From Escherichia coli (lineage in GTDB: Bacteria; Pseudomonadota; Gammaproteobacteria; Enterobacterales; Enterobacteriaceae): 64,000 bases of DNA. Shown in pieces: positions 1-13,067 of this stretch (position 1 is its first letter; every line of letters starts with the position of its first letter). The notes beneath the pieces are model-generated. The model made no database searches, had not been told where the DNA came from, and saw only the letters and a list, made by a program, of their open reading frames with translations. Made by a program: the position numbers and the translations under genes. The DNA is taken from assembly GCF_003790525.1 (NCBI RefSeq), contig NZ_CP033635.1; one strand, written 5' to 3'.

Positions 1-118
1 CCGCGCGTTCCGATACCAGTTGATAGTTAATGATGAAAAAAAGACCAATAAATGACAGTGCTGCCAATAAAAATAAAATTATCAGCCTTATCTTTATCTT
101 TTCGTATAAACTCAGCAT
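1..118 (-). CDS. pdeI: c-di-GMP phosphodiesterase PdeI (YliE), N-terminal ~39 codons only; gene runs off the left edge
   Basis: Minus-strand translation from an ATG near 118 reads MLSLYEKIKIRLIILFLLAALSFIGLFF..., recognisable as the YliE N-terminus; position downstream of gsiD matches E. coli synteny. Not in ORF track (partial). Confidence 0.7.
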   Translation of the reverse strand, partial: MLSLYEKIKIRLIILFLLAALSFIGLFFIINYQLVSERA

Positions 119-294
119 GTTAATACATTTAACAAAATAACTGTCTGAACGCTGTGCCGCTGCAAAATAGTCCCTTGCTGCGGCTTTTTAACCAAATTAC
201 CCGATTCTACAAAATCAGCAGAAAGTTACAACACTTGCTTAGGGCAATAATTTCCTGTGAGGTGATTACCCTTTCAAGCAATATTCAAACGTAA

Positions 295-1206
295 CTATCC
301 TTTAATTTTCGGATCCAGCGCATCGCGTAAACCATCGCCCAACAAATTGAACGCCAGTACGGTCAGAAAAATAGCCAGGGCCGGAAAAACAGCGACATGC
401 GGCGCGATAACCATATCCGCTCGTGCCTCATTGAGCATTGCTCCCCACTCTGGTGTCGGCGGCTGCGCACCGAGGCCGAGAAATGACAGGCTGGCGGCAG
501 AGATAATCGAGGTACCAATGCGCATGGTGAAAAACACCACGATAGAAGAGACGGTCCCAGGCAGGATATGACGCAATAAAATGGTCATATCGCTGGCACC
601 AATACTGCGTGCTGACTCGATAAAGGTTTGCTGTTTCAACACCAGCGTGTTGCCGCGCACCAGCCGGGCAAACGCGGGGATGGAAAAAATGGCGACTGCG
701 ATAATCACGTTAGCAATGCCGCTTCCCAACACCGCAACAACAGCGATCGCCAGTAAAATACCCGGGAAGGCAAACAGCACATCGCAAATACGCATGATCA
801 GCCGATCCCACCAGCCTTCATAATATCCAGCCAGCAAGCCCAGCAACGTCCCGATCGCCGCACCGATAAACACGGCAAACACGCCCGCCGCCAGCGAGAT
901 TTGCGCACCAACCAGGACACGGCTGAAAATGTCGCGCCCCAGTGAATCGACGCCAAACCAGTGCTGCAAAGAAGGTCCGTTATTCAGATTGTCATAATCA
1001 AAATAATTTTCGGCGTCATAGGGAGCGATCCAGCGTGCAAAAATGGCCACCACAATCAATAAAATAACGAATAATGCGGCGGTCATCGCCATATGCTGAC
1101 GGCGAAATCGTCGCCAGAATTCATACCACGGTGTACGCACCTGGTCAGGTTTGACCAGTGGCATGGCGTTTAACACCGCCTGACGTCGCCAGTTAAATAG
1201 TCGCAT
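295..1206 (-). CDS. gsiD: glutathione ABC transporter permease GsiD
   Basis: 303-aa ORF, DppC-type permease sequence; last gene of gsiABCD cluster. Confidence 0.93.
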   Translation of the reverse strand: MRLFNWRRQAVLNAMPLVKPDQVRTPWYEFWRRFRRQHMAMTAALFVILLIVVAIFARWIAPYDAENYFDYDNLNNGPSLQHWFGVDSLGRDIFSRVLVGAQISLAAGVFAVFIGAAIGTLLGLLAGYYEGWWDRLIMRICDVLFAFPGILLAIAVVAVLGSGIANVIIAVAIFSIPAFARLVRGNTLVLKQQTFIESARSIGASDMTILLRHILPGTVSSIVVFFTMRIGTSIISAASLSFLGLGAQPPTPEWGAMLNEARADMVIAPHVAVFPALAIFLTVLAFNLLGDGLRDALDPKIKG

Positions 1207-1208
1207 CC

Positions 1209-2129
1209 TTACTTGTACCTGATAGCCGGGTTAATGGCGGCGTAAAGCACATCCACCACTAAGTTGATAAGAATAAATTCCAGCGAGAAAAGCAGAATTT
1301 CCGCCTGAATCACCGGGTAATCGCGCATTTCTACGGAGTCAACGAGTAAGCGTCCAAGTCCGGGCCAGTTGAAAACTTTCTCCACCACGATAGAACCACC
1401 GAGCAAAAAGCCAAACTGTAAGCCCATCATGGTCACTACCGGGATCATCGCGTTACGTAGCCCGTGTTTGAGGACAACCCAGGTTTCGCTCACCCCTTTC
1501 GCCCTCGCGGTACGCATATAATCTTCGCTTAAAACATCGACAAACGACGCGCGGGTAAAGCGCGCCATCACGGCTGCCACTGCCGCGCCGAGCGTCAGGG
1601 AGGGTAAAATGTAGTGCTGCCAACTGTCTGCTCCCACGGTAGGCAGCCAGCCCAGTTCAACGGAGAATACCTGAATTAAAAGCATCCCCAGAGCAAATGC
1701 CGGAAACGAGATCCCCGACACCGCAATGGTCATACTCAATCGATCCGGCCAACGGTTACGCCAGACGGCGGCGATAATTCCCGCCGCCATACCAAATATC
1801 ACCGCCCAGACCATACTGGTTATGGTCAGCCACAGCGTTGGCATAAAGCGGCTGGCAATCTCATCAGCAACCGGACGACGCGACACCATCGACAGGCCAA
1901 AATCTCCCTGCACAGCATTGCTGATATAGTGCCAGAACTGGTGATACAGCGGCTGATCCAACCCCAGCTGCTGACGCACCAGTTCTATAACCTGCGCATC
2001 AGCTTCGGGCCCGGCAATTAATCGCGCCGGATCGCCGGGCAGCATATGGACAAATAAAAACACCAGCACCGAGACGATAAACAGCGTCGGAATCAACCCC
2101 AGCAAGCGTTTGATAACGTAATTAAGCAT
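1209..2129 (-). CDS. gsiC: glutathione ABC transporter permease GsiC
   Basis: 306-aa ORF, DppB-type permease; 2-bp gap to gsiD. Confidence 0.93.
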   Translation of the reverse strand: MLNYVIKRLLGLIPTLFIVSVLVFLFVHMLPGDPARLIAGPEADAQVIELVRQQLGLDQPLYHQFWHYISNAVQGDFGLSMVSRRPVADEIASRFMPTLWLTITSMVWAVIFGMAAGIIAAVWRNRWPDRLSMTIAVSGISFPAFALGMLLIQVFSVELGWLPTVGADSWQHYILPSLTLGAAVAAVMARFTRASFVDVLSEDYMRTARAKGVSETWVVLKHGLRNAMIPVVTMMGLQFGFLLGGSIVVEKVFNWPGLGRLLVDSVEMRDYPVIQAEILLFSLEFILINLVVDVLYAAINPAIRYK

Positions 2130-2146
2130 TCCACTCCCTGCGTTGC

Positions 2147-3685
2147 TTATTGCAAATCTGCGTCTTCAAAGCTGAAGCCGGTGTCTGGCATGATCCAAAA
2201 ACCGGTCAGGTTTTTACTGTGTGCCGACACCAGTTTTTCTACCACCAGCGGGATCCACGGCGACTCTTGCCAGATGATATCCTGCGCCGCCTTATATAAA
2301 CGGGTCTTTTCCGCCGGATCATTAGTTTTTAGTGCCTGAGCCAGGAAGTCATCCACCTGTTTATTGCTGTAAAACGCGGTATTAAACAGCGTTGGTGGCC
2401 AGTTTTGCGAGGCAAACAGCGGCGATAGTGCCCAGTCAGCTTCGCCGGTTGAAGCCGACCAGCCAGTGTAGAACATCCGCACGCCGCTCTCTTTTTGCCC
2501 TTTACCTTCGACTTCTGCCGCCCGCTGTCCGGCATCCATCGCAGTCACCTGGGCTTTAATCCCGACCTGCGCTAACTGCTGCTGGGTAAATTGCAGCACT
2601 TTCTGCGCGGTGCTGTGGTTATGTGACGACCACAGCGTGGTACTGAAACCGTTGGGATATCCCGCCTCTTTCAGTAATTCGCGCGCTTTCACTGGATCGT
2701 AAGGCCACGGTTTATAACTTTGCGCATAGGCGATACTCGGCGGTACCACACCAGTAGCTGGCGTTGCATAGCCCGCGAAGGCCACTTTCACCAGCGCCGG
2801 GCGGTTAATGGCGTAATTCAGCGCCTCACGGACCTTCGGGTTATCGAACGGCTTTTGCGTCACGTTCATACTGATATAACGCTGCATAATTGACGGACTG
2901 GCCATCAACTCGATATTTTTGTTTTTCTCCAGCAATGCGGCCTGCTCGTAAGGAATGGGGAAAGCAAACTGCGCTTCACCGGTTTGTAGCATTGCCGCGC
3001 GGGTGTTGTTATCCGCAACCGGACGCCAGGTTATGCTGTCCAGTTTGGGCAATCCTGGCTGCCAGTAACCCGCGAATTTTTTCACCTTCACAAAATCGGT
3101 CTGATTCCAGGTATCCAGTTCATACGGCCCGGTTCCCACCGGATGAAAACCAATATCCTTGCCATATTTTTCCAGCGCTGCCGGCGAAATCATCGCGGTC
3201 GCCGGATGGGCAAGAATATTAATAAACGCTGAGAACGGCTGTTTGAGGGTAATCTTTACCGTTGTTGGATCGATCGCTTCCGTTTTGGCAATATTCTTAT
3301 ACAGGTTGTAGCGTTTAAGATGATTCGCCGGATCGCTGGCCCGGTCCAGATTCGCTTTTACCGCCGCTGCGTTGAAGTCGGTTCCATCCTGGAATTTAAT
3401 TCCTTCCCGCAGTTTCACGGTGTAAGTAAGGCCGTCATCGGAAACGGTATAACTCTCCGCCAGCACGTTTTTCAGTTTCATCTCTTTATCCAGACCGAAC
3501 AGCCCCTGGTAAAACGATTTCGCTACGGCCTGAGATAACGTGTCATTCGCGTCATATGGATCGAGCGTGGTGAAGTTCGATCCTACCGCCACCACCACAT
3601 CTTTGGCAGCGAATGCACAAGATGCCATCAACGCTGTCGCAATGCCCAGCGCCACTAACCCACTACGGTGTACAGCTCTTGCCAT
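2147..3685 (-). CDS. gsiB: glutathione-binding periplasmic protein GsiB
   Basis: ORF 2147..3952 trimmed to internal Met 90 ([26 protein letters not shown] signal peptide), giving 512 aa; the longer ORF is an in-frame extension that would overlap gsiA. Confidence 0.9.
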   Translation of the reverse strand: MARAVHRSGLVALGIATALMASCAFAAKDVVVAVGSNFTTLDPYDANDTLSQAVAKSFYQGLFGLDKEMKLKNVLAESYTVSDDGLTYTVKLREGIKFQDGTDFNAAAVKANLDRASDPANHLKRYNLYKNIAKTEAIDPTTVKITLKQPFSAFINILAHPATAMISPAALEKYGKDIGFHPVGTGPYELDTWNQTDFVKVKKFAGYWQPGLPKLDSITWRPVADNNTRAAMLQTGEAQFAFPIPYEQAALLEKNKNIELMASPSIMQRYISMNVTQKPFDNPKVREALNYAINRPALVKVAFAGYATPATGVVPPSIAYAQSYKPWPYDPVKARELLKEAGYPNGFSTTLWSSHNHSTAQKVLQFTQQQLAQVGIKAQVTAMDAGQRAAEVEGKGQKESGVRMFYTGWSASTGEADWALSPLFASQNWPPTLFNTAFYSNKQVDDFLAQALKTNDPAEKTRLYKAAQDIIWQESPWIPLVVEKLVSAHSKNLTGFWIMPDTGFSFEDADLQ

Positions 3686-3704
3686 TTTATTCTCCGCCTG
3701 AATG

Positions 3705-5576
3705 TTATCTACGCATGAATGCGTATTCTGATTGTGGTTGTGCGACGTAATGCCCCGGCCCGACGCATTGCAACGAGACGGCTGCAACCTCTTCGCCACG
3801 CAGATGAATATTGCTGGGAAGATCGTCCGACAGCAGTACACGCTGCGGTCGTTGTCGGGACGGTTCAGCGACCGGAACTGCCGCCAGTAATTTACGCGTA
3901 TAAGGATGCTGCGGGTTTTCGAAGACCGCGCGCCGTGGACCAATTTCAACAATTTGCCCGAGATACATCACCGCCACACGATGACTAATCCGCTCTACCA
4001 CGGCCATATCGTGGGAGATAAACAGATACGCAATGCCGAAATCACGCTGGAGATCGAGCAACAAGTTGATAATCTGCCCGCGAATAGAAACATCCAGCGC
4101 CGAGACGGCTTCGTCGGCAATGATCACTTTTGGATTCAATGCCAACGCGCGAGCAATGCAGATGCGCTGGCGCTGACCGCCGGAAAACTCATGCGGGTAA
4201 CGCCAGGCATGTTCAGGTAACAGGCCCACGCGCTCCAGCAACCACGCAACACGTGCAGCCGCTTCTTTACCTGGCAATAAACCGTGTACGCGCAGCGGTT
4301 CGATAATCGAATCACCGATGGTCTGACGTGGGTCCAGCGAAGCGTAAGGGTCCTGAAAAATAAACTGAATATCGCGGCGCAATGCCTGAAGTTTACCGGA
4401 TGACAAGGTATCGATTCGCTGACCGTTAAAGATAATTTCGCCGCCCTGCGATTCGACCAGGCGCAGCAACGCCCGCCCGGTAGTGGATTTACCGCTGCCA
4501 GACTCGCCCACCAGCGATAGCGTTTCACCAGGCCAGAGATCAAAACTGACTTTCTCAACGGCATGCACTTCCCGCGTTACGCGATTCAACAAACCGCTGC
4601 GCAAAGGGAAACGGGTGACCAGATTACGCACCCGTAAAACAGGTTCGCCATCCACCACCGTTTTCTGCTCGATGGGTGGCTCCTGTTTCGCTGGATGTTC
4701 AAGCGATATCAACGGGAAACGTCGGGGATAATCTAACCCTTTCATCGCACCAAGTTGCGGAACAGCAGCTAACAGCGCACGGGTATAAGGATGTTGCGGT
4801 GCATGAAAAATCTGTTCGACGCTACCCGTTTCCACCGCCTCGCCCTGATACATCACCAGAACCCGATCGGCAATCTCTGCCACCACGCCCATATCGTGAG
4901 TGATAAAGATAACGCCCATCGACATCTCTTTTTGCAATACTTTGATTAATTGCAGGATCTGCGCCTGAATAGTGACATCCAGCGCGGTGGTTGGCTCATC
5001 GGCAATCAGCACCGCCGGGCAGCATGACAGCGCCATCGCAATCATCACTCGCTGGCGCATCCCGCCAGAGAGTTGATGCGGATAACGTGAAAGAATGGTT
5101 TGTGCCTCCGGAATGCGTACCTGATCCAGCATCCGCTTCGCCTCGACCATCGCTTCTTCACGACTGGCGTTCTGATGCAGACGAATTGATTCGGCAATCT
5201 GTTCACCCACAGTAAATACCGGGTTCAGCGATGTCATCGGTTCCTGAAATATCATCGCCATATCCGCACCGCGCACATGGCGCATTTGTGCAGCGCTCTG
5301 CTCGCTAAGTTCAATCACTTCGCGACTGCGCCGCCGCAACAGCATTTTATCGCACTGTACTAAACCGCCCGCCTGTTCCAACAGACGCATCAATGCCAGC
5401 GCAGTCACTGACTTACCGGAGCCGGATTCGCCAACAATTGCCAGCGTCTCACCGCGTTGCAGGCTAAAAGAGAGATTGCGGACCGCAGCTATTTTCTGCT
5501 GGTCCTGCATAAAGGCAATATTCAGATTTTCAACCGCCAGCACATCACCGGCATCAAGTTCATCACTGTGTGGCAA
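3705..5576 (-). CDS. gsiA: glutathione ABC transporter ATP-binding protein GsiA (two fused ABC ATPase domains)
   Basis: Two Walker A motifs (GESGSGKS twice). Conserved N-terminus (L/M)PHSDELD begins at a TTG codon at 5576, 36 codons inside the ORF-track start; overlaps iaaA 3-prime end by 14 nt. Confidence 0.88.
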   Translation of the reverse strand: MPHSDELDAGDVLAVENLNIAFMQDQQKIAAVRNLSFSLQRGETLAIVGESGSGKSVTALALMRLLEQAGGLVQCDKMLLRRRSREVIELSEQSAAQMRHVRGADMAMIFQEPMTSLNPVFTVGEQIAESIRLHQNASREEAMVEAKRMLDQVRIPEAQTILSRYPHQLSGGMRQRVMIAMALSCCPAVLIADEPTTALDVTIQAQILQLIKVLQKEMSMGVIFITHDMGVVAEIADRVLVMYQGEAVETGSVEQIFHAPQHPYTRALLAAVPQLGAMKGLDYPRRFPLISLEHPAKQEPPIEQKTVVDGEPVLRVRNLVTRFPLRSGLLNRVTREVHAVEKVSFDLWPGETLSLVGESGSGKSTTGRALLRLVESQGGEIIFNGQRIDTLSSGKLQALRRDIQFIFQDPYASLDPRQTIGDSIIEPLRVHGLLPGKEAAARVAWLLERVGLLPEHAWRYPHEFSGGQRQRICIARALALNPKVIIADEAVSALDVSIRGQIINLLLDLQRDFGIAYLFISHDMAVVERISHRVAVMYLGQIVEIGPRRAVFENPQHPYTRKLLAAVPVAEPSRQRPQRVLLSDDLPSNIHLRGEEVAAVSLQCVGPGHYVAQPQSEYAFMRR

Positions 5577-6528
5577 CGGTGTCCCCTTTTTCACGGTAGA
5601 TACCGGTGGTTGGCGTATCGCCTGCGTAGCCCCAGGCGCGATACATTCCTTCGGTGTTAAACGGTAGCGCGACGTTACCTTCATGGTCGATAGCGATTAA
5701 GCCACCGCTACCGCCAAGCGCAGGGAGTTTTTCCATTACTACCCGCTCGCAGGCTTCCGCGAGACTTAATCCGCCGTAATCCATTAACGCGGCGATGTCA
5801 TATGCCGCCAGCGCGCGGATGAAGACTTCGCCCGTGCCGGTACAAGAAACCGCCACACTGGCGTTATTGGCGTAGCATCCGGCACCCACTAAGGGACTAT
5901 CGCCAACTCGTCCGGGTAATTTATTGGTCATTCCGCCCGTGGACGTGGCTGCCGCCAGATTGCCGTCTAAATCCAACGCCACGGCCCCCACGGTGCCCAT
6001 TTTCTGTTTTTCATCCAGTGGCGCACCGCTATGGTCGAGGACTGTTGCCCCTTCCTCGCGCGCTGCCAGTAGTTGTTCATAACGCAAAGGCGTGGAGAAA
6101 ATCTCCGGTGAGACGCGCTCCATGCCATGAGCAAACGCAAAATTTTCTGCCCCTTCGCCAATCATCATCACATGCGGGCTTTGCTCCATCACCAGCCGGG
6201 CGGCAAGAACCGGATTACGCAGATGACTAACGCCCGCCACCGCACCGGCTTTCAGGGTGTTACCATCCATCACACAGGCGTCCAGTTCATGGGTTTCATC
6301 ACGCGTAAAGACAGCGCCAATTCCGGCGTTAAACAGTGGACACTCTTCCAGCAGACGCACCGCTTCCGTCACCACATCCAGCGCACTTTCGCCCGCTTCC
6401 AGCATTTTCTGCCCGGTTTCAACAATGGCAGACAGCGCCTCGATGTAGCGTAATTCCTGTTGCAGACTCATCTGCGCGCGGCTAATTGCACCTGCGCCGC
6501 CATGAATTGCAATGACTGCTTTGCCCAT
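5563..6528 (-). CDS. iaaA: isoaspartyl dipeptidase / L-asparaginase family Ntn-hydrolase IaaA
   Basis: 321-aa ORF with plant-type asparaginase signature; upstream of gsiA. Confidence 0.92.
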   Translation of the reverse strand: MGKAVIAIHGGAGAISRAQMSLQQELRYIEALSAIVETGQKMLEAGESALDVVTEAVRLLEECPLFNAGIGAVFTRDETHELDACVMDGNTLKAGAVAGVSHLRNPVLAARLVMEQSPHVMMIGEGAENFAFAHGMERVSPEIFSTPLRYEQLLAAREEGATVLDHSGAPLDEKQKMGTVGAVALDLDGNLAAATSTGGMTNKLPGRVGDSPLVGAGCYANNASVAVSCTGTGEVFIRALAAYDIAALMDYGGLSLAEACERVVMEKLPALGGSGGLIAIDHEGNVALPFNTEGMYRAWGYAGDTPTTGIYREKGDTVATQ

Positions 6529-6731
6529 AGTATTCGTCCATTAAGGGTGGCTCGCCACTTTTGCTATAAATATCAGAATTTTTATGAATTACTCATTCAA
6601 TTTTTGAATATAGAAAGATGGATATGGCATGTAAAGGCAGGAGCCAGCGCTACGCCCGAGGTGGCATACAGTCTGTGGCGTTTTTCTGACATAATAGGCA
6701 AATTCGATTTTGCCTCCGCAGGAGTGTTTTC

Positions 6732-7967
6732 ATGGAATTTACCACCGGATTGATGTCGCTCGACACCGCGCTTAATGAGATGCTTTCTCGCGTTACCCCA
6801 CTGACCGCCCAGGAAACGCTGCCACTGGTTCAGTGTTTTGGTCGTATTCTGGCGAGCGATGTCGTTTCGCCACTGGATGTCCCGGGGTTTGATAACTCCG
6901 CTATGGACGGCTACGCGGTGCGTTTAGCCGATATTGCCTCCGGGCAACCGCTGCCCGTTGCCGGTAAATCCTTTGCCGGTCAGCCGTACCATGGTGAATG
7001 GCCTGCGGGTACCTGCATTCGTATTATGACCGGTGCGCCGGTGCCAGAAGGCTGCGAAGGGGTGGTGATGCAGGAGCAGACTGAACAAACGGACAATGGC
7101 GTGCGTTTTACTGCTGAAGTGCGTAGCGGGCAAAATATTCGCCGTCGCGGTGAAGATATCTCTGCAGGTGCGGTTGTTTTCCCGGCGGGGACTCGCCTGA
7201 CTACCGCTGAACTGCCAGTGATTGCTTCGCTAGGGATTGCCGAAGTTCCGGTGATTCGTAAAGTGCGTGTAGCGCTTTTTTCTACCGGTGATGAACTCCA
7301 GTTGCCCGGTCAGCCGCTGGGCGACGGCCAAATCTACGATACCAACCGTCTCGCCGTACACCTGATGTTAGAACAGTTGGGATGCGAGGTAATCAACTTA
7401 GGGATTATCCGCGACGATCCCCATGCCCTGCGCGCCGCATTTATTGAAGCCGACAGCCAGGCGGATGTGGTGATCAGTTCCGGCGGTGTTTCAGTGGGTG
7501 AAGCGGATTACACCAAAACCATTCTTGAAGAGCTGGGGGAGATCGCCTTCTGGAAGCTGGCGATTAAACCAGGTAAACCGTTCGCGTTCGGTAAACTCAG
7601 CAATAGCTGGTTCTGCGGCCTGCCGGGCAACCCGGTTTCAGCAACGCTGACCTTCTATCAACTGGTACAGCCTTTGCTGGCAAAACTAAGCGGCAATACC
7701 GCCAGCGGCCTGCCCGCGCGCCAGCGTGTGCGCACGGCATCGCCTCTGAAGAAATCGCCAGGACGCCTTGATTTCCAGCGCGGCGTGCTGCAACGCAACG
7801 CCGATGGCGAACTGGAAGTGACGACCACCGGACATCAGGGTTCACATATATTTAGCTCCTTTAGCCTCGGCAACTGCTTTATCGTGCTGGAACGCGATCG
7901 CGGCAATGTGGAAGTGGGCGAATGGGTGGAAGTAGAACCGTTTAACGCGTTGTTCGGAGGCCTGTAA
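6732..7967 (+). CDS. moeA: molybdopterin molybdenumtransferase MoeA
   Basis: 411-aa ORF; stop overlaps moeB start. Confidence 0.95.
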   Translation: MEFTTGLMSLDTALNEMLSRVTPLTAQETLPLVQCFGRILASDVVSPLDVPGFDNSAMDGYAVRLADIASGQPLPVAGKSFAGQPYHGEWPAGTCIRIMTGAPVPEGCEGVVMQEQTEQTDNGVRFTAEVRSGQNIRRRGEDISAGAVVFPAGTRLTTAELPVIASLGIAEVPVIRKVRVALFSTGDELQLPGQPLGDGQIYDTNRLAVHLMLEQLGCEVINLGIIRDDPHALRAAFIEADSQADVVISSGGVSVGEADYTKTILEELGEIAFWKLAIKPGKPFAFGKLSNSWFCGLPGNPVSATLTFYQLVQPLLAKLSGNTASGLPARQRVRTASPLKKSPGRLDFQRGVLQRNADGELEVTTTGHQGSHIFSSFSLGNCFIVLERDRGNVEVGEWVEVEPFNALFGGL

Positions 7968-8716
7968 TGGCGGAACTCAGCGATCAGGAGATGCTGCGCT
8001 ACAACCGGCAAATCATTCTGCGCGGCTTTGATTTTGACGGCCAGGAGGCGCTGAAAGATTCTCGCGTGCTGGTAGTGGGCCTGGGCGGCCTCGGCTGTGC
8101 AGCCTCGCAGTATCTGGCAAGCGCCGGTGTCGGCAACCTGACGCTGCTCGACTTCGACACGGTTTCGCTCTCCAATCTGCAACGCCAGACGCTGCACAGT
8201 GATGCCACGGTCGGGCAACCGAAGGTGGAATCCGCCCGTGACGCCCTGACGCGGATCAACCCATATATCGCGATTACGCCAGTCAATGCGCTGCTTGATG
8301 ACGCTGAACTTGCTGCGATGATTGCAAAACACGATCTGGTGCTCGACTGTACGGATAACGTTGCAGTACGTAATCAACTGAACGCAGGCTGTTTTGCCGC
8401 GAAGGTGCCGCTGGTTTCCGGCGCGGCAATTCGTATGGAAGGGCAAATCACGGTCTTCACTTATCAGGACGGCGAACCGTGCTATCGCTGCCTTAGCCGT
8501 TTGTTTGGCGAGAACGCGTTAACCTGCGTAGAAGCAGGCGTGATGGCACCGTTAATCGGCGTAATTGGTTCGTTGCAGGCAATGGAAGCAATCAAACTGC
8601 TGGCAGGTTATGGCAAACCAGCCAGCGGGAAAATCGTGATGTACGATGCGATCACCTGTCAGTTTCGCGAAATGAAACTGATGCGCAATCCGGGGTGTGA
8701 GGTGTGCGGGCAGTAA
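7967..8716 (+). CDS. moeB: molybdopterin-synthase adenylyltransferase MoeB
   Basis: 249-aa ORF, ThiF/MoeB fold with GLGGLG nucleotide motif and C-terminal CxxC pair. Confidence 0.95.
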   Translation: MAELSDQEMLRYNRQIILRGFDFDGQEALKDSRVLVVGLGGLGCAASQYLASAGVGNLTLLDFDTVSLSNLQRQTLHSDATVGQPKVESARDALTRINPYIAITPVNALLDDAELAAMIAKHDLVLDCTDNVAVRNQLNAGCFAAKVPLVSGAAIRMEGQITVFTYQDGEPCYRCLSRLFGENALTCVEAGVMAPLIGVIGSLQAMEAIKLLAGYGKPASGKIVMYDAITCQFREMKLMRNPGCEVCGQ

Positions 8717-8791
8717 CTGCCACCTCCAGGCCAGATAAGACGCGGCACTCCGCCACGTCATCAGCAATTTATGAGGATGCAGAACGTCCGG

Positions 8792-9454
8792 TTAAATCGA
8801 CGTTCTGCCAAACGCACCCAGCCAGTCCTGTTCAAACTTCGCCACAGCGGCATCAACCGCCGGATAGCTAATCATCTGTTGTGCCACATCCAGTGGCAGA
8901 GTAATTGATTCACATCCTGCCAGTAAGCAGTCCAGCGCCTGACGCGGGGTTTTGAAACTCGCTGCCAGCACTTTCGCCTGCGGCGCATGCATTTTCAATA
9001 ACTGGTGTAAGTCGGTCACAGTCTGAATACCGCTACCGCCCTGAGCATCAATACGATTAACGTAAAGCGCAACATATTCTGCACCTGCCAGCGCCGACAT
9101 CAACCCTTGTGCCGCGCCATATACCGCGGTTCCCAGCGTCGGAATCCCTTCCGCTTTTAACATCTTAATCGCTGCCAGCCCCTCGGCGGTCACCGGAACT
9201 TTCACCACGATATCCGCAATAATAGAACGCAGCTTAAGCGCGTCATTCACCATCCCTTCGGCAGTGGTAGCCATTACCTGGGCAAACAGACGCCCCTGAC
9301 CGCCCATCGCTTCATGAAGTTGCGGAAGCACAACCTCCAGCGGTTTTTTACCCGCGGCGATAATGCTTGGGTTAGTGGTCACACCCGCTAGCGGAAAAAT
9401 ACGTGACAGCGCCTTCACCGCAACAACGTCTGAAGTATCCAGATACAGTTCCAT
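8792..9454 (-). CDS. fsaA: fructose-6-phosphate aldolase 1
   Basis: ORF 8792..9526 trimmed to Met 25 ([10 protein letters not shown]...), 220 aa, transaldolase-like. Confidence 0.9.
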   Translation of the reverse strand: MELYLDTSDVVAVKALSRIFPLAGVTTNPSIIAAGKKPLEVVLPQLHEAMGGQGRLFAQVMATTAEGMVNDALKLRSIIADIVVKVPVTAEGLAAIKMLKAEGIPTLGTAVYGAAQGLMSALAGAEYVALYVNRIDAQGGSGIQTVTDLHQLLKMHAPQAKVLAASFKTPRQALDCLLAGCESITLPLDVAQQMISYPAVDAAVAKFEQDWLGAFGRTSI

Positions 9455-9584
9455 AACCATCCTCAAAATGTACTTTTTGTCTGAATGTAGACTATCACGG
9501 GAAAACTCTCTGAACAGTTGACACACATCAATCTAACTTTCATTCGAAAGTATTTTAATGTTTGAACGAAACAGAGAGGCAACT

Positions 9585-10484
9585 ATGATTTTCAATATTC
9601 AGCGCTACTCGACCCATGATGGCCCCGGTATCCGCACGGTCGTATTTCTTAAAGGCTGTTCGCTGGGCTGCCGCTGGTGTCAGAACCCGGAAAGCCGAGC
9701 CCGCACGCAGGATCTGTTGTATGACGCACGACTGTGTCTGGAAGGCTGCGAGCTGTGCGCTAAGGCCGCGCCGGACGTGATTGAGCGCTCGCTGAATGGT
9801 TTGCTTATTCATCGGGAAAAGTTAACCCCGGAGCATCTGACAGCGTTAACCGACTGCTGTCCGACACAGGCGTTAACCGTGTGTGGTGAAGTGAAAAGCG
9901 TTGAGGAGATCATGGCGACCGTTTTGCGCGATAAACCGTTTTACGATCGCAGCGGCGGCGGCTTAACACTTTCTGGCGGTGAACCCTTTATGCAGCCGGA
10001 AATGGCGACGGAGCTACTGCAAGCCAGCCACGAGGCCGGCATTCATACTGCGGTAGAAACCTGTCTGCATGTGCCGTGGAAATATATCTCCCCTTCTCTG
10101 CCCTATATCGATCTGTTTCTTGCCGATTTAAAACACGTCGCCGACGCGCCGTTTAAACAGTGGACCGACGGTAACGCCGCCAGGGTGCTGGATAATCTGA
10201 AAAAACTCGCTGCGGCGGGGAAAAAAATCATCATCCGCGTACCGCTGATTCAGGGCTTTAATGCCGACGAAACCGCTGTAAAAGCCATTACCGATTTTGC
10301 CGCCGACGAGCTGCACGTTGGCGAAATCCATTTCCTGCCCTACCACACGCTGGGCATCAACAAATATCACTTACTTAATCTGCCCTATGACGCCCCGGAA
10401 AAACCGCTTGATGCGCCAGAACTGCTCGACTTTGCCCAGCAGTATGCCTGCCAGAAAGGGTTAACCGCGACCTTACGAGGATAA
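9585..10484 (+). CDS. ybiY: glycyl-radical enzyme activating protein (PflE/YbiY), radical SAM
   Basis: ORF trimmed to Met 10 ([37 protein letters not shown]); CxxxCxxC radical-SAM cluster plus ferredoxin-like Cys; precedes ybiW. Confidence 0.9.
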   Translation: MIFNIQRYSTHDGPGIRTVVFLKGCSLGCRWCQNPESRARTQDLLYDARLCLEGCELCAKAAPDVIERSLNGLLIHREKLTPEHLTALTDCCPTQALTVCGEVKSVEEIMATVLRDKPFYDRSGGGLTLSGGEPFMQPEMATELLQASHEAGIHTAVETCLHVPWKYISPSLPYIDLFLADLKHVADAPFKQWTDGNAARVLDNLKKLAAAGKKIIIRVPLIQGFNADETAVKAITDFAADELHVGEIHFLPYHTLGINKYHLLNLPYDAPEKPLDAPELLDFAQQYACQKGLTATLRG

Positions 10485-10489
10485 CAACC

Positions 10490-12922
10490 ATGACCACACT
10501 GAAACTGGACACGCTCAGCGACCGCATTAAAGCGCACAAAAATGCGCTGGTGCATATTGTGAAACCACCAGTCTGTACCGAGCGCGCGCAGCACTATACC
10601 GAGATGTATCAACAACATCTCGATAAGCCGATCCCGGTACGTCGCGCGCTGGCACTGGCGCATCACCTGGCGAATCGCACCATCTGGATCAAGCACGATG
10701 AATTGATCATTGGCAACCAGGCAAGCGAAGTTCGCGCCGCGCCGATCTTCCCGGAATATACCGTCTCCTGGATCGAAAAAGAGATTGATGATCTGGCAGA
10801 TCGTCCCGGTGCTGGTTTTGCGGTGAGCGAAGAGAACAAACGCGTTCTGCATGAAGTGTGCCCGTGGTGGCGCGGTCAGACCGTACAGGATCGCTGCTAC
10901 GGCATGTTTACCGATGAGCAAAAAGGTCTGCTGGCGACCGGCATCATTAAAGCGGAGGGCAATATGACCTCCGGCGATGCGCACCTGGCGGTCAATTTCC
11001 CGCTACTGCTGGAAAAAGGTCTTGATGGTCTGCGTGAGAAAGTGGCGGAACGTCGCTCGCGCATCAATCTGACGGTACTGGAAGATCTGCACGGCGAGCA
11101 ATTCCTGAAAGCGATTGATATCGTGCTGGTGGCAGTCAGTGAACACATTGAACGTTTCGCTGCCCTGGCGCGTGAAATGGCCGCGACCGAAACCCGCGAA
11201 AGCCGTCGCGATGAACTGCTGACGATAGCAGAAAACTGCGATCTTATCGCCCACCAGCCGCCGCAGACTTTCTGGCAGGCGCTGCAACTGTGTTACTTCA
11301 TCCAGTTGATTTTGCAGATCGAATCTAACGGTCACTCAGTATCGTTTGGTCGTATGGACCAGTATCTCTACCCGTACTATCGCCGCGACGTTGAACTGAA
11401 CCAGACACTGGATCGTGAACACGCCATCGAGATGCTGCATAGCTGCTGGTTAAAATTGCTGGAAGTGAACAAGATCCGCTCCGGCTCACACTCAAAAGCC
11501 TCTGCGGGAAGTCCGCTGTATCAGAACGTCACCATTGGCGGGCAAAATCTGGTTGATGGTCAACCAATGGACGCGGTGAATCCACTCTCTTACGCGCTCC
11601 TCGAATCCTGCGGTCGCCTGCGTTCCACTCAGCCTAACCTCAGCGTGCGTTACCATGCAGGAATGAGCAACGATTTCCTCGACGCCTGCGTACAGGTGAT
11701 CCGTTGCGGCTTCGGGATGCCGGCGTTCAACAACGACGAAATCGTGATCCCGGAATTTATTAAACTCGGTATTGAACCGCAGGACGCTTACGACTATGCA
11801 GCGATTGGTTGTATCGAAACCGCCGTCGGTGGCAAATGGGGCTATCGCTGTACCGGCATGAGCTTTATCAACTTCGCCCGTGTGATGCTGGCGGCGCTGG
11901 AAGGCGGTCGTGATGCCACCAGCGGCAAAGTGTTCCTGCCACAAGAAAAAGCGTTGTCGGCAGGTAGCTTCAACAACTTCGATGAAGTGATGGACGCGTG
12001 GGATACGCAAATCCGTTACTACACGCGTAAATCAATCGAAATCGAATATGTCGTCGACACCATGCTGGAAGAGAACGTACACGATATTCTCTGCTCGGCG
12101 CTGGTGGATGACTGCATTGAGCGAGCGAAAAGTATCAAACAAGGCGGCGCGAAGTATGACTGGGTGTCTGGCTTGCAGGTCGGTATCGCCAACCTCGGCA
12201 ACAGCCTGGCGGCAGTGAAGAAACTGGTATTTGAACAGGGCGCGATTGGTCAGCAACAGCTGGCTGCCGCACTGGCGGATGACTTCGACGGCCTGACTCA
12301 CGAGCAGCTGCGTCAGCGGCTGATTAACGGTGCGCCTAAGTACGGCAACGACGATGATACTGTCGATACGCTGCTGGCTCGCGCTTATCAGACCTATATC
12401 GACGAACTGAAACAGTACCATAATCCGCGCTACGGTCGTGGTCCGGTTGGCGGCAACTATTACGCGGGTACGTCATCTATCTCCGCTAACGTACCTTTTG
12501 GCGCGCAGACGATGGCAACGCCGGACGGGCGTAAAGCCCACACCCCGCTGGCAGAAGGCGCAAGCCCGGCCTCCGGTACTGACCATCTTGGCCCTACCGC
12601 GGTCATTGGCTCGGTGGGTAAACTGCCTACGGCAGCGATTCTCGGCGGCGTGTTGCTCAACCAGAAACTGAATCCGGCAACGCTGGAGAACGAATCTGAC
12701 AAGCAGAAGCTGATGATCCTGCTGCGCACCTTCTTCGAGGTGCATAAAGGCTGGCATATTCAGTACAACATCGTTTCCCGCGAAACGCTGCTGGAGGCGA
12801 AAAAACATCCCGATCAGTATCGCGATCTGGTAGTGCGCGTCGCGGGCTATTCCGCCTTCTTCACCGCGCTCTCTCCAGACGCTCAGGACGATATCATCGC
12901 CCGTACTGAACATATGCTGTAA
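10490..12922 (+). CDS. ybiW: glycyl radical enzyme (pyruvate formate-lyase family, PflF/YbiW)
   Basis: 810-aa ORF with C-terminal RVAGYSA glycyl-radical motif. Confidence 0.93.
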   Translation: MTTLKLDTLSDRIKAHKNALVHIVKPPVCTERAQHYTEMYQQHLDKPIPVRRALALAHHLANRTIWIKHDELIIGNQASEVRAAPIFPEYTVSWIEKEIDDLADRPGAGFAVSEENKRVLHEVCPWWRGQTVQDRCYGMFTDEQKGLLATGIIKAEGNMTSGDAHLAVNFPLLLEKGLDGLREKVAERRSRINLTVLEDLHGEQFLKAIDIVLVAVSEHIERFAALAREMAATETRESRRDELLTIAENCDLIAHQPPQTFWQALQLCYFIQLILQIESNGHSVSFGRMDQYLYPYYRRDVELNQTLDREHAIEMLHSCWLKLLEVNKIRSGSHSKASAGSPLYQNVTIGGQNLVDGQPMDAVNPLSYALLESCGRLRSTQPNLSVRYHAGMSNDFLDACVQVIRCGFGMPAFNNDEIVIPEFIKLGIEPQDAYDYAAIGCIETAVGGKWGYRCTGMSFINFARVMLAALEGGRDATSGKVFLPQEKALSAGSFNNFDEVMDAWDTQIRYYTRKSIEIEYVVDTMLEENVHDILCSALVDDCIERAKSIKQGGAKYDWVSGLQVGIANLGNSLAAVKKLVFEQGAIGQQQLAAALADDFDGLTHEQLRQRLINGAPKYGNDDDTVDTLLARAYQTYIDELKQYHNPRYGRGPVGGNYYAGTSSISANVPFGAQTMATPDGRKAHTPLAEGASPASGTDHLGPTAVIGSVGKLPTAAILGGVLLNQKLNPATLENESDKQKLMILLRTFFEVHKGWHIQYNIVSRETLLEAKKHPDQYRDLVVRVAGYSAFFTALSPDAQDDIIARTEHML

Positions 12923-13067
12923 TCTCCTCAGCCCGGCGGCGGCGTCGCCGGGCTAAATCATTCACATCATCAATTTCAGCCTCGCTTTCATTCGAAATAT
13001 AATTTGTGCTCTGCGTCACATTGTTATTACACTGTTACGGTTTCATTTTCGAGCCAGGAGCACACCT

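Noticed and set aside
2147-3952. 601-aa version of the gsiB ORF extending 89 codons upstream
   Set aside because: The extension overlaps the 3-prime end of gsiA and precedes the obvious signal peptide; start moved to Met 90 at 3685.
5576-5684. Longer gsiA starting at the ORF-track position 5684
   Set aside because: Would overlap iaaA by 122 nt; the conserved N-terminus begins at the TTG at 5576, giving a 623-aa product.
7835-8446. 203-aa minus-strand ORF inside moeB
   Set aside because: Antisense shadow ORF within a well-supported gene; no recognisable protein features.
10385-12913. Several minus-strand ORFs (83-199 aa) across the ybiY-ybiW region
   Set aside because: All lie antisense to the intact glycyl-radical enzyme and activase genes; typical GC-rich shadow frames.
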